DNA of 64,000 nt, taken from positions 101,710 to 165,709 of the forward strand of contig JAKAYL010000001.1 of NCBI GenBank assembly GCA_021809545.1, written 5' to 3'. The notes below the pieces were generated by a model that saw only the letters and a list, made by a program, of their open reading frames with translations, was not told the DNA's origin and made no database searches. Position numbers and translations under genes: made by a program. Each line of letters starts with the position of its first letter. Position 1 is the first letter of the stretch. Source of the stretch: Thermoplasmata archaeon. GTDB taxonomy: Archaea; Thermoplasmatota; Thermoplasmata; Lutacidiplasmatales; UBA184. This document shows positions 1-9,162 of the stretch, piece after piece.

Positions 1-256
1 TGACGACCTCCTGCAGGGGAATGCCGACGCCCTGCAGAAGGTGATCATCGACGTGAACCGGCTGGAGAACGAGGCCGACGACCTGCTGCGGGTGGAACTC
101 GCCAAGCTCTTCGGCGAGAAGCACGACCCGGTCATGATCATCAAGATGAAGGACTTCTACGAGCGGCTGGAGGTCATCACCGACCGGTGCGAGGATGTGA
201 CGGACGTCTTCAAGGACCTCATTGCACGGTACAGCCCGCTCTCGATGCCTGAGTGA
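1..256 (+). CDS. PhoU_div/DUF47-family putative phosphate-transport regulator, C-terminal fragment (5' end outside window)
   Basis: ORF enters from the window edge; C-terminal motif ...LEVITDRCEDVTDVFKDLIARY resembles the conserved TDRCEDV region of DUF47/PhoU-like proteins. Confidence 0.6.
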   Translation, partial: DDLLQGNADALQKVIIDVNRLENEADDLLRVELAKLFGEKHDPVMIIKMKDFYERLEVITDRCEDVTDVFKDLIARYSPLSMPE

Positions 257-537
257 ACTCACCCCGGCCGACCCTGGCTCTTCGAGCCGCGCTGAGAAGA
301 AGCCTCGACCCCCGCATGCCATCTCACCTCTGCAAAGGCTCGCTTAACTCCCACCGTAGGAAAGGAAGGTCCCCAACGGCGGCCCAAGGCCCCTATCGAT
401 TTAACAGCCTGGACAGCCCTCAACCCGGGAGGGAGAATCCCCAGAGCCGGTGCTGATGGAACTCCCTTAGACCCGAAGGGTCACCGTCAAGCCCCCCCGG
501 AGGGGGGCCCCAGTGCCGGAAGAAGAATCCGGTCCGT

Positions 538-909
538 TCAGACGTACTGCTTGCAGTTGTAGCAGTAGTAGCGGTTGTACTGGGCGACGAAGGTCGCGGG
601 CTTGCCGCAGGTCTTGCAGGTAGGCACTCCTCCCGCGGCTGGGGCCTGTGCGGGGGCGGCTGCCGGGGCGGGGGCTGCGGCGACGGGGGGCGCGGTGTAC
701 TGGCCCTGGGCCGGGGCAGGCTGGTAGTAGGCAGGCTGGGCGGCCACAGGTTGATAGGTACCCAGTTGCTGAACCGGGACCTTCGGGCGGGTGAAATAGT
801 AGATGATCGCAGCTGGCCAACAAACGATGATTAGAACGACCAGAATGATCAGGGAATACTGCCGCTTGTACTCGACCGGGCCCGCTACCATCATCGGTTG
901 TGCTGCCAT
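538..909 (-). CDS. membrane-anchored zinc-ribbon protein (one TM, Pro/Ala/Gln-rich linker, C-terminal CxxC...CxxC)
   Basis: ATG at complement 907-909 with a TATA-like 'TTATATAT' about 28 nt upstream on the minus strand. The hydrophobic segment LIILVVLIIVCWPAAIIYYF and C-terminal CKTCGK...CYNCKQY are visible. The track ORF extends to a TTG at 996. Confidence 0.5.
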   Translation of the reverse strand: MAAQPMMVAGPVEYKRQYSLIILVVLIIVCWPAAIIYYFTRPKVPVQQLGTYQPVAAQPAYYQPAPAQGQYTAPPVAAAPAPAAAPAQAPAAGGVPTCKTCGKPATFVAQYNRYYCYNCKQYV

Positions 910-930
910 ATCGTGGCGAGCACAGCCAGC

Positions 931-944
931 AGATATATAACCGC
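931..944. promoter_or_regulatory. TATA-like element ATATATAA between divergent genes 538..909(-) and 959..1495(+)
   Basis: AT-rich octamer in a GC-rich context, about 28 nt from the ATG of the minus gene. Confidence 0.4.
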
Positions 945-958
945 TTACCTGCCAGAAG

Positions 959-1495
959 GTGGTGGCCGAAAGCAACGGAAAGGGAGTGAATCCCAAGGAG
1001 TTTCTCCTCTCCCATCATATTCCTTCCCGATACAATCGGACGTTCTGCCTGTCTCTGGGCCATCGTCGTGTCAGGGTCTGCTCCCGCTGCACGGGCCAGA
1101 CCCTGGGCGGGTTCGCCTTCCTGCTCGTGTTCGTCCTCAGTTCCTTCTTCCGTGAGCAGCTCTTTCTTCCCATTCCCCAACTCCTCATCGCCTTGGCGCC
1201 GCTACTGGCCACCGTGGACTGGCTCACCCAGAGCCTGGGCAAGAGAGAATCCTCCAATTCCTTGCGACTGGTCTCAGGTGCCCTTCTGGGATTCGCGTTG
1301 TCGGATGCGGGGACCCTCCTTTTGACCTGGCGCTGGCTCTACTTCCTCTACGCGGTGGCCTTCTTCTTGATCTACGCTGCGGCGATCATTGTGGTCCTCT
1401 TCGCCCGCGGGGACGTCTCGCGGATCGTCGCGGAGCACTTTCCTCCGGCCGTCCGACCTTTCCCGCCTTCCACGCCCGTTCCCAAGGAGAAGTAG
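959..1495 (+). CDS. DUF2085-family membrane protein
   Basis: N-terminal 'HRRVRVCSRCTG' resembles the CHxxPxRSF...CxRCTG signature of DUF2085, followed by several TM helices. The start is GTG at 959 and is uncertain. Confidence 0.5.
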   Translation: MVAESNGKGVNPKEFLLSHHIPSRYNRTFCLSLGHRRVRVCSRCTGQTLGGFAFLLVFVLSSFFREQLFLPIPQLLIALAPLLATVDWLTQSLGKRESSNSLRLVSGALLGFALSDAGTLLLTWRWLYFLYAVAFFLIYAAAIIVVLFARGDVSRIVAEHFPPAVRPFPPSTPVPKEK

Positions 1496-1559
1496 CGGGA
1501 GAGGGACCGACCGGCTCCAGAGGGGGCTGGCTTTTGTCCTCTCCGGGTCTACCCTAGGC

Positions 1560-1994
1560 ATGTACGTTCAGGCATCACCCCCGCCGCAACCACCGAACGA
1601 GCGGCCGACGGGCGCGTTCGTCCTTTCCCTGATAGGAGGCATCTTCATTGTCCTGGGGGGCATCACCCTCATGTCCCTTGGGGCCTTTTTCGCCTTCTTC
1701 CTCATCATGTTCGGCGTCAGCGTCTACGTCCTCGGGTTCATCGGGGTCGTCGTAGGGGTCCTGGTCTGCATTTCCGGATACATGGTCTACCGGGATCCCG
1801 GCGCCAAAGTGGTGTGGGGAGCCCTCATCATCGTCTTCGCGCTCCTGAGCTGGGTCGTCGCCTTCGGCGGGTTCTTCATCGGCTTCCTCCTGGCGCTCAT
1901 CGGAGGCATCCTTGCGCTCACCTTCAAGCCCGTCCAGCCCGCGTTCATCGTGGTCGGGCCGCCCGTCTATCCGCCGCCTCCCCCGTATCAGTAG
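1560..1994 (+). CDS. small polytopic membrane protein with Pro-rich C-terminus
   Basis: ATG at 1560, in frame within track ORF 1389..1994. Four predicted TM helices rich in G/A/I/V/F; ends ...PPVYPPPPPYQ. Confidence 0.5.
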   Translation: MYVQASPPPQPPNERPTGAFVLSLIGGIFIVLGGITLMSLGAFFAFFLIMFGVSVYVLGFIGVVVGVLVCISGYMVYRDPGAKVVWGALIIVFALLSWVVAFGGFFIGFLLALIGGILALTFKPVQPAFIVVGPPVYPPPPPYQ

Positions 1995-2075
1995 TTGGAG
2001 AGGCGGGCCCTGCCCAGGCTCCGGAAGCGAGTACGCATCCCAAAAGCCTATCTTCCCCTCCGGCTCAAACTAGGC

Positions 2076-2381
2076 ATGCCTACCAAACAGCCAAAGGGAA
2101 AGGAAGCGCCGTCCAAGCCAGGGAAGTCCGGCCCCAAGGAGGGCCTCTCGGTCAAGTGCGTGGGCGACTGTGGGGCGGTGACCCAACTTCAGGGCAACGG
2201 TGACATCCCCGTCGGTGAGATGACCTTCTCGGCGAAGGGCTGGTCCGCCCTCAACTCCCCGGAAACAGCGTCCGTGTCGTTCATCTGCCCCGAGTGCTTC
2301 AAGAGCCTCGAGGAGGAGTCCGATGTCGAGGTCGACGAGGACGTCCTCATCGGGAACGGTTCCACGGACAAAGACGCGTAA
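2076..2381 (+). CDS. small zinc-ribbon protein with Lys-rich N-terminus and acidic C-terminus
   Basis: ATG at 2076, in frame in track ORF 1995..2381. Motifs CVGDCG...CPEC. Function unknown. Confidence 0.4.
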   Translation: MPTKQPKGKEAPSKPGKSGPKEGLSVKCVGDCGAVTQLQGNGDIPVGEMTFSAKGWSALNSPETASVSFICPECFKSLEEESDVEVDEDVLIGNGSTDKDA

Positions 2382-2390
2382 CCGGAGCCC

Positions 2391-4004
2391 ATGCCTCCCG
2401 CTCCCCACTCCCCGGGGACCCCTTCCCCGAACCAAGGCCTTGACCGCGAGGCCGAGCATCTGCTCGCAGAACTCGTCCATCTCGACACCACCAACCTAGA
2501 GGATCCGGGCGGAGGGAGGATCGAGAAGCGCAACTATGCGAAGGCAGCGGAGGTGCTCCTCCGCCGGGCCCGCGACCTGGGGTTGGAGGCCCGTGTCTGG
2601 GATGCGCGGGAGGAGCTCAAGGACGGTTCCCATCGGTTCGCCGAGCCGCGGCCGAACGTCATCGTCGACCTGAACCGAGGGCAGAAGGACCGACTCCTGA
2701 TCGTCTCCCACTTCGACGTCGTTCCCGTCCCCGACGAGCAACTCACCCGGTGGAAGAGCCCCCCCCACGAGCTGACCCGGCGGGAGGACGGACGCTACTA
2801 CGGCCGCGGGGCGGCCGACGACCTCGGGAGCGGCGTGGTCCCGGGACTTCTGGCCCTCCGGGATCTGGCCCGGCGGGACGACCTCCGGGTGAACGTCCGC
2901 ATGATCGCCTGCTGCGACGAGGAGACCGGAGGGGCGGGCGGCATCGAGGCTCTCCGGGAACACGATGCGGAGCTTCCGTCCGGGAGCCCGGAGGCGATCC
3001 TCTCGGGGCTCATGACGGTCATCCCCGACGGCTCCCCCTACGTCGCCGCGGGTTCGAGCGGTGTCTCGTTCGTCGACGTTTCCCTTCCCCCCAAATCCCG
3101 CGTGACGGAGTTCCTGCGGGTGACGGAATCGCTGACCGAGTTCCGAACGGTCGCCGCCTCCTGGGTCTCCGCGCTTCCTTCGCCTCCCGAGCCCGAAGGC
3201 GAGCCCCCGAACGCCCACATCACCGGCCGGGCCACCCTGACCCTCACCCACCTCCGCGCCCCCGCTACCGGGGGGGCGGTTGCTCAACTGACGGCCCTGC
3301 GCTCCGCTTCGCTGGCCGCCAACCAGATCCCGGCCGTCGTGAAGCTCTCCTTCGCTGGTAAGACGTCGGCCCTGGGAAAACTGGAGTCCGTGCTCACCTC
3401 CCAGGTCCGGCTCCCGTTCCAACTGCGCATCCAGGCCTCGGAAGGGGAACTCGTTGCGGAGGTGGTGGGACGCTCCGGCCACGGGGGCTATCCTCATCGG
3501 GCCCACAACCCGGTCCCGGAGTCTGCCCGCCTTCTGCTCGAGGCCCTGCAGGCCGGGGCCCTGGAGGACGGACGGGTCGAGAGCGCCACGATGACGCTGG
3601 ACCTCCGTTCTCCCCCGGAGATGGAGGCTGAGCAGGCGCTGGAGATCTTCCGCAACTACTTCCGCCAGTTGGAGAACGAGGTCGCCGGGGTCAAGGCGGA
3701 CGTGCCTCCCGGGCGGGAGCGCTCGGGCTACTTCATCTCCCCGTCCGATCCCCGGGTCGAGAGCCTGCGCCGCATCTTCTCCGAGGTGAGCGGGAGGACC
3801 GTCGGCATCTACGGAGAATATGGAGGGACGGACGCCAGCGCCCTGCGCCGGATCACGACCCCGCGGGGAGACCCCATGCCGGTCGTGGTCGTCGGGGCGA
3901 TGGACGAGACGGCCCACATCCACGACGCGGAGGAGAGCCTGGACCCCCGCTACTTCCATGAGGTCATCCGGCTCCTGACCACGTGGGTCGAGCGCACTCC
4001 GTGA
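2391..4004 (+). CDS. M20-family metallopeptidase (ArgE/DapE/carboxypeptidase-like)
   Basis: 537-aa ORF with ATG start. Motifs HFDVVPV and GRGAADDLGSG are typical of peptidase M20. Confidence 0.75.
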   Translation: MPPAPHSPGTPSPNQGLDREAEHLLAELVHLDTTNLEDPGGGRIEKRNYAKAAEVLLRRARDLGLEARVWDAREELKDGSHRFAEPRPNVIVDLNRGQKDRLLIVSHFDVVPVPDEQLTRWKSPPHELTRREDGRYYGRGAADDLGSGVVPGLLALRDLARRDDLRVNVRMIACCDEETGGAGGIEALREHDAELPSGSPEAILSGLMTVIPDGSPYVAAGSSGVSFVDVSLPPKSRVTEFLRVTESLTEFRTVAASWVSALPSPPEPEGEPPNAHITGRATLTLTHLRAPATGGAVAQLTALRSASLAANQIPAVVKLSFAGKTSALGKLESVLTSQVRLPFQLRIQASEGELVAEVVGRSGHGGYPHRAHNPVPESARLLLEALQAGALEDGRVESATMTLDLRSPPEMEAEQALEIFRNYFRQLENEVAGVKADVPPGRERSGYFISPSDPRVESLRRIFSEVSGRTVGIYGEYGGTDASALRRITTPRGDPMPVVVVGAMDETAHIHDAEESLDPRYFHEVIRLLTTWVERTP

Positions 4005-5071
4005 CAGGGCCCGGCCGCCTCCCCGGCCACGCCTCGCCCGAGGGGACGGCCCGGTTCGCCGAACGGGCGGGCCGCGAGGACCGTACCGACCCGGGACATT
4101 TCCGCACCTTTCTCGATCTCACTTTCTCCAGCCTCGGGATGGGGACCTATCTCGGCCGGCCCGACGAGCCGACCGACCGGCGGGTGACCGCGGCGGCGGT
4201 CACCTCGGTCTCGAGCGGGGCGGTGAACGTCCTCGACTCCGCCATCAACTACCGGAACGGAAGGGGAGAGCAGGCGATCGGCCAGGCTCTGCGGAGCCTC
4301 CTCGAACTTGGTGTGGTGCGCAGGGACGAGCTCTTCGTCGCCACGAAGAACGGCTACACCGCCGACCGTGCGGCCCTCGCGCGCCTCGAGGATGAGGGGA
4401 AGATCCGGGGGGATGAGGTCGCCTCCGAGTGCAATTGCCTGAGCGTCCCCTTCCTCGCGGAGGAGCTCCCGAAGAGCCTCGCCAGTCTCGGGGTCGACAC
4501 CATCGACCTGCTCTACCTCCACAACGTGACGGACGAGCACCTTCCCCTCCTCGGGAAGGAGGCGTTCCTGGAGCGGCTCCGCTCCGCCTTCGACTTCCTG
4601 GAGCGTTGCCGCACCGAGGGAAAGATCCGATACTACGGGCTCGCCACCTGGGACACCCTGCGTCTCCCCGCCAACGCCTCCGGCTACTTGGCGCTCGAGG
4701 AGGCCGTCGGGGTCGCCCGAGCCGCCGGAGGAGCGGACCACGGATTCCGCTTCGTGCAATTCCCGTTCAATATGGCGATGCCCGAGGCGGCGCTCCGGAA
4801 GAACCAGCCCGTCGAGGGGGAGCTCCGGACCCTTTTCGACGCGGCCCGCACCCTGGGACTCGGGACCTTCTCTTCCGTCCCGCTCCTGCAGGGGAAGCTC
4901 CCGCCCCGGGAAGCGCTCCAGTTCGCCCGCGGCGCGCCGGGACACCTCGCACCGTTGGTAGGGCACAAGGACCCGCAGCATGTCACCCAGAACCTCGAGG
5001 TGGCCCGCGTGCCACCCCTCGAACCGGAGGAGTTCGAGGGACTCCTCCACCACCTCACTCAACCGGACTGA
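3983..5071 (+). CDS. aldo/keto reductase
   Basis: Signature ...LGMGTYLG... plus an AKR-like barrel sequence. GTG start at 3983 overlaps the M20 gene by 22 nt. There is no alternative in-frame start before the conserved N-terminus. Confidence 0.75.
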   Translation: MGRAHSVTGPGRLPGHASPEGTARFAERAGREDRTDPGHFRTFLDLTFSSLGMGTYLGRPDEPTDRRVTAAAVTSVSSGAVNVLDSAINYRNGRGEQAIGQALRSLLELGVVRRDELFVATKNGYTADRAALARLEDEGKIRGDEVASECNCLSVPFLAEELPKSLASLGVDTIDLLYLHNVTDEHLPLLGKEAFLERLRSAFDFLERCRTEGKIRYYGLATWDTLRLPANASGYLALEEAVGVARAAGGADHGFRFVQFPFNMAMPEAALRKNQPVEGELRTLFDAARTLGLGTFSSVPLLQGKLPPREALQFARGAPGHLAPLVGHKDPQHVTQNLEVARVPPLEPEEFEGLLHHLTQPD

Positions 5072-5162
5072 GCTGACTTTCCCCACGCTCTTCGGTCCTG
5101 ACACCCCACCCTTATACAGTCGGAGGCCTCCCCCTCTTCCCTGAGGACGCGCGGTCAGGGAC

Positions 5163-6836
5163 ATGTCGGCGTTGATCGTGGTTTTTCTTCAGAACCTTCC
5201 CGAGGCGGGCTGGGACATGGGGGCCTCGCTGGTCCGCATGGTGCTCGCGTACCTCCTGTCGCTGGCCTTTGCGATCACGTACGGCTACTTTGCCGCGACC
5301 TCCCGCGTGGCGGAGCGCATCTTGCTTCCGATCCTGGACATCCTCCAATCGGTGCCCATCATGGGCTTCTTTCCCGTGGCCATCGTCTTTTTCGTGAGTC
5401 TCACCGGACCCCAGAGCATCGTCGGGCCCAACTTCGCCGCGGTCTTCCTCATCTTCACCTCGATGTCGTGGAACATGGCATTCGGCGTCTACGAATCCGT
5501 GAAATCGCTCCCGGGGGACCTCAAGGAGGTCTCGGATTCGATGGGGGTCCGGGGGTGGCAACGCGCCCGCCGGCTGTTCCTCCCCTCCACCGCGAACCGG
5601 CTGGTGTACAACTCCGTCCTCTCCTGGACGGCCGGATGGTACTATCTGGTCACTTCCGAGATCTTCTCCACCTATACGACCACCATCGCGCTGCCCGGCA
5701 TTGGGACGTACCTTCTGCGCGCCGCCGCGGGAGGGAACCCCGGCACCATCCTGGCCGGAGTGTTCGTCCTCGTGCTCGTGATCATGCTCCTGAACTTCCT
5801 CTTGTGGAGACCCCTTTCGAAGTGGGCGGAAAAGTACCGCTACGATGTGTCCCCCAGCGGTGAGGCCGGGGAACTCCCGGGCGCTGCCGCAGATCGACGG
5901 GCGTCCCGCATCGTCGGCCGGGCCTTCGTCCGCGGGGCCAGCGTGGTCCGCCGACCCCTCACCCGCCTCGGGGAACGTACCCTCGGTGCCCTAGCCCGGC
6001 AGCCCTCCCCAACCCCGGAACTCGTCCCTTCGAAGAAGTCCCACATGATTGCCCGGAACTCCCTTCATTACCTGGCTTTGGGGATCATTCTCGTCGTGGG
6101 TTGGCTGCTCCTCATCGTCCTCGGGGTCGGGGTGTACAGCACCTACACCTCCCCCATCTCTCCGACGGCGCTGCACTACATCCGGCTGATCCCGCTCGCC
6201 CTCGCCTTCTCGGCCGGACGGGTATTCCTCGCCTACCTCGTGTCCCTCGCCATCGCTTTCCCCCTCGCCCTCTGGATCTTCCGAAGCCGTCGGGGCACGA
6301 GGTTCGGCATGCCCGTGATCCAGGTCATCGCGAGCATTCCGGCCACGGCCCTCTTTCCGCTCTTCCTCTTCAGCCTCAAGGATGTCATCGGGACCGAATC
6401 GGCCGTGATCTTCGTCGTGGTGACCGGCATGCTCTGGTATCTCTTCTTCAACCTCTACTCCGGCCTCCGCACCATCCCTCCCGACCTCGAAGAGGCCGCC
6501 CGATCGATGGGCCTGAAGGGACGTCCCTACTACCGTAAACTGGTCCTCCCCGGCACCTTTGCGGCGTTCGTGACGGGGTCCATCACCGCCTTGGGCGGAG
6601 GATGGAACACGCTCGTCATCGCGGAGTACCTGAGCTACGGGAACCAGCACATCAGCGTCCTGGGACTGGGGGAGCTCATCGATCTCGGGGTCTTTGCCCC
6701 TCCCACAGGCATCGCAGGGGGCTTTCCCCTCATGGTGACCGCCCTCCTCACGCTTACCCTAACGGTGGTCGTGGTCAACAAGTTGATATGGAGGCCCCTC
6801 TACCGCATCGCCACGGAGAAGTACCGGTACGATTAG
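5163..6836 (+). CDS. ABC transporter permease, two fused BPD-type permease domains (NitT/TauT-like)
   Basis: 557 aa with two repeated permease halves and many TM helices. Precedes the ATPase gene. Confidence 0.75.
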   Translation: MSALIVVFLQNLPEAGWDMGASLVRMVLAYLLSLAFAITYGYFAATSRVAERILLPILDILQSVPIMGFFPVAIVFFVSLTGPQSIVGPNFAAVFLIFTSMSWNMAFGVYESVKSLPGDLKEVSDSMGVRGWQRARRLFLPSTANRLVYNSVLSWTAGWYYLVTSEIFSTYTTTIALPGIGTYLLRAAAGGNPGTILAGVFVLVLVIMLLNFLLWRPLSKWAEKYRYDVSPSGEAGELPGAAADRRASRIVGRAFVRGASVVRRPLTRLGERTLGALARQPSPTPELVPSKKSHMIARNSLHYLALGIILVVGWLLLIVLGVGVYSTYTSPISPTALHYIRLIPLALAFSAGRVFLAYLVSLAIAFPLALWIFRSRRGTRFGMPVIQVIASIPATALFPLFLFSLKDVIGTESAVIFVVVTGMLWYLFFNLYSGLRTIPPDLEEAARSMGLKGRPYYRKLVLPGTFAAFVTGSITALGGGWNTLVIAEYLSYGNQHISVLGLGELIDLGVFAPPTGIAGGFPLMVTALLTLTLTVVVVNKLIWRPLYRIATEKYRYD

Positions 6837-6849
6837 TTCCGGGAGGAAT

Positions 6850-7608
6850 ATGGCGCTCATAGATGTTGAGGGGATTTCCAAGAAGGTTCCCGTGCGCCAC
6901 GGGAGCATGGAGATCATCAAGGACGTGACCTTCTCGGTGGCGGACAACGATTTCGTGGCCATCGTGGGTCCGTCCGGGTGCGGAAAATCGACCATCCTCC
7001 GACTCATCCAGGGACTCGATCATCCCTCCGGCGGGCAGATCCGTTTCAAGGGAACCCCCGTCACCGATGTGCGCAAGGAGATGACCATGGTCTTCCAGAG
7101 CTTCGCGCTGTACCCGTGGTTGACGGTGAAGGAGAACGTGACCCTCGGGCTCGAGGCGAGAGGGGTCTCTGCCGAGAAGCAGAGCGAGCTCGTCGAGAAG
7201 TACCTCTCCATCACGGGCCTCGTGGGCTTCGAAGAGGCCTATCCGAGGGAACTCTCGGGCGGGATGCGACAGCGCGTGGGCCTCGCCCGCGCGCTCATCG
7301 TCGATCCCTCCGTTCTCCTCATGGACGAACCCTTCTCCTCGCTCGATCCCCTCACCGCCGAGAGCCTGAGGGACGAAGTGCTCCAACTGTGGGAGGATCC
7401 CTCCATCCCCCCCGAGGCCGTCATCCTCGTAACGCACAACATCGAGGAGGCCCTGATCATGGCGAACCGCATCATCGTCCTCTCCAACCGTCCAAGCACC
7501 GTGCTCGCGGGGGTCCCGGTGAAGCTGCCCCGCCCCCGTGACCGGAAGTCGAAGGCGTTCTACGACATGGTGGACTACGTCTATTCCCTCGTCACTGAGA
7601 GGAAGTGA
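6850..7608 (+). CDS. ABC transporter ATP-binding protein (NitT/TauT family)
   Basis: Walker A GPSGCGKST, signature LSGGMRQR, Walker B LLMDEPF. SD-like GGGAGG sits 4 nt upstream of the ATG. Confidence 0.85.
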   Translation: MALIDVEGISKKVPVRHGSMEIIKDVTFSVADNDFVAIVGPSGCGKSTILRLIQGLDHPSGGQIRFKGTPVTDVRKEMTMVFQSFALYPWLTVKENVTLGLEARGVSAEKQSELVEKYLSITGLVGFEEAYPRELSGGMRQRVGLARALIVDPSVLLMDEPFSSLDPLTAESLRDEVLQLWEDPSIPPEAVILVTHNIEEALIMANRIIVLSNRPSTVLAGVPVKLPRPRDRKSKAFYDMVDYVYSLVTERK

Positions 7609-8022
7609 GAAGTTCTTGGGAACTTTCCCGGTTTGCGACGCGGCTGCCCTCTTGATTCACGGGTTTCCCCGAGAAGGACGCAGGTTCCCGGGCGGAGCCC
7701 GGGCATGAAACTGGAGTCGCAACCGATCGAACCCTGCTCAGCCACCCTAAGAGAAGGAGTTCCGAGGTCGTCCCCCGGTTGGGGGATCTCGCCAGGGCGC
7801 CCGGGGCGAAACCTCGCTAACCCCATCCCTGCTTGACCACTTCTCCGACGACCTCCGCGGACCCTGCGACACGGTCCACCGGGCGCTCCCACAGTGTTGG
7901 GTCGGCCCGGGAAAGTACCCGCTGGGAGGAACGAATTCCACGAGGGCAGGAACCCCACGACTCGCCGCTCCCTCACCCACGGCGCTAGGGGGTCGTTGGC
8001 TGGCGGTTCCCAAACACCAACG

Positions 8023-8982
8023 CTACGAGATTCGGCGTGACTTCACGAGGACTCGGAGGGCATTCAGGGTGATCATCTCATTCGGCCCATCGTGGCCCCA
8101 GTCGACCACTTCCGTATTGGCGGCCGAATGTCTTCCCCGATGCCAGTAACGGCCCTCGGAGCGCCAGGTACCATCGTTCGCGCGCTTGGATGCGACGAGG
8201 TCGAGAGCTTCCCGGGTCCTCGGGTCTCCCAGTTTGCCGGCTCGATCGAGCACCCTAAGGGCCTGAAGTATGTCGTAATGCCAGTAGAGGGGATAGTGGA
8301 GTTTCACCCATCGAGGGTTGACCACTGCCTCGCCATGGCAGGACCGGAACAGGCGATGCCTCAGAAAGAACTCGGCGGCCCGGTTGACAGCGTCCCGGGC
8401 CATGCGATCGTCTGTGGCCCGCAGATATTCGCTCAGCCCCCACAAGGTTGCGAGGCTCTCATAGAACGAAGAGTGGGATGCTTCTTTCGATGAGTCACAG
8501 TTCCACCCACCATCTGGCCATTGCCACTGCACGAGCGAGCTGGCGATTCGAATCACACGTGGGTCGTGAGCCATTCCCAGCCGGCAAAACACGCCCAACG
8601 GATTGCCCAACACGGAAGCGTGCAATCTCCATTTGCCGGCGATATTCAAGGGCCTCACCTTGCCATACGGAAGTCGAGAGAGGAGATACTTCGCCGCCTC
8701 GCGGGCGGCGCGGTTCCCCGAAGGCACCCCCAGCTCGACCGCTGAAACAAGACGCCATTGCGGACCGGCCCACTTCTTGTACCAGTGGACGCCAAACCCT
8801 CCGTCGGCCCGCTGGCCGGAGAGGAGCGACCGCAGGCGCGTTCCCCCAGGAATTTGTCGTTTTGTCTCAAGTACTTCGGTGACCCGCGTCGACAGGCCAA
8901 GGAGTTCGGTGAGGGCGAAGTACCGCACCGAGGGATCCTTCGAATTCAAGAGCCAGCGTACGCCGGGTTCGTCTCTATCCAT
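8023..8982 (-). CDS. QW-motif alpha/alpha-toroid protein (terpene-cyclase/prenyltransferase-repeat-like), paralog 1
   Basis: QW-like repeats (LVQWQWPDGGWNC, KRANDGTWRSEG). ATG at complement 8980-8982. Paralogous to 18259..19239. Confidence 0.6.
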   Translation of the reverse strand: MDRDEPGVRWLLNSKDPSVRYFALTELLGLSTRVTEVLETKRQIPGGTRLRSLLSGQRADGGFGVHWYKKWAGPQWRLVSAVELGVPSGNRAAREAAKYLLSRLPYGKVRPLNIAGKWRLHASVLGNPLGVFCRLGMAHDPRVIRIASSLVQWQWPDGGWNCDSSKEASHSSFYESLATLWGLSEYLRATDDRMARDAVNRAAEFFLRHRLFRSCHGEAVVNPRWVKLHYPLYWHYDILQALRVLDRAGKLGDPRTREALDLVASKRANDGTWRSEGRYWHRGRHSAANTEVVDWGHDGPNEMITLNALRVLVKSRRIS

Positions 8983-9162
8983 CAACGTTCATTCGCGGGC
9001 TGAGATGGGACTCATCCTCCAAACCCCGAACGGAGAGACCTGAAGAGGATCGGACCTGCCTTCCCTGAGTCCCAGGGCTTGCCATGGATCCACGCTTTCG
9101 ATCCAGCCCCCCGTCACCCAGGGAGACCATGCCGGATGCGCAGGGGTTGAGTCCTCGCGAGC

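Noticed and set aside
467-1180. 237-aa minus-strand ORF
   Set aside because: Low-complexity Pro/Arg/Gly-rich translation, typical of an out-of-frame read in GC-rich DNA. Overlaps the better-supported 538..909 and 959..1495 genes.
2496-5164. Long minus-strand ORFs (487 aa and 404 aa) antisense to the M20 peptidase and aldo/keto reductase
   Set aside because: Antisense to genes with clear family signatures. Arg/Gly/Pro-rich composition is characteristic of spurious high-GC ORFs.
7686-7704. RNase P RNA P4-like CCGGGCUCC 9-mer on the minus strand
   Set aside because: An isolated 9-mer match in GC-rich DNA. The remaining conserved RNase P regions would fall inside the ABC ATPase CDS.
7581-8013. 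ORFs of 131 aa and 88 aa in the 413-nt intergenic gap
   Set aside because: No start context and biased composition. The region is more likely non-coding (see the ncRNA candidate finding).
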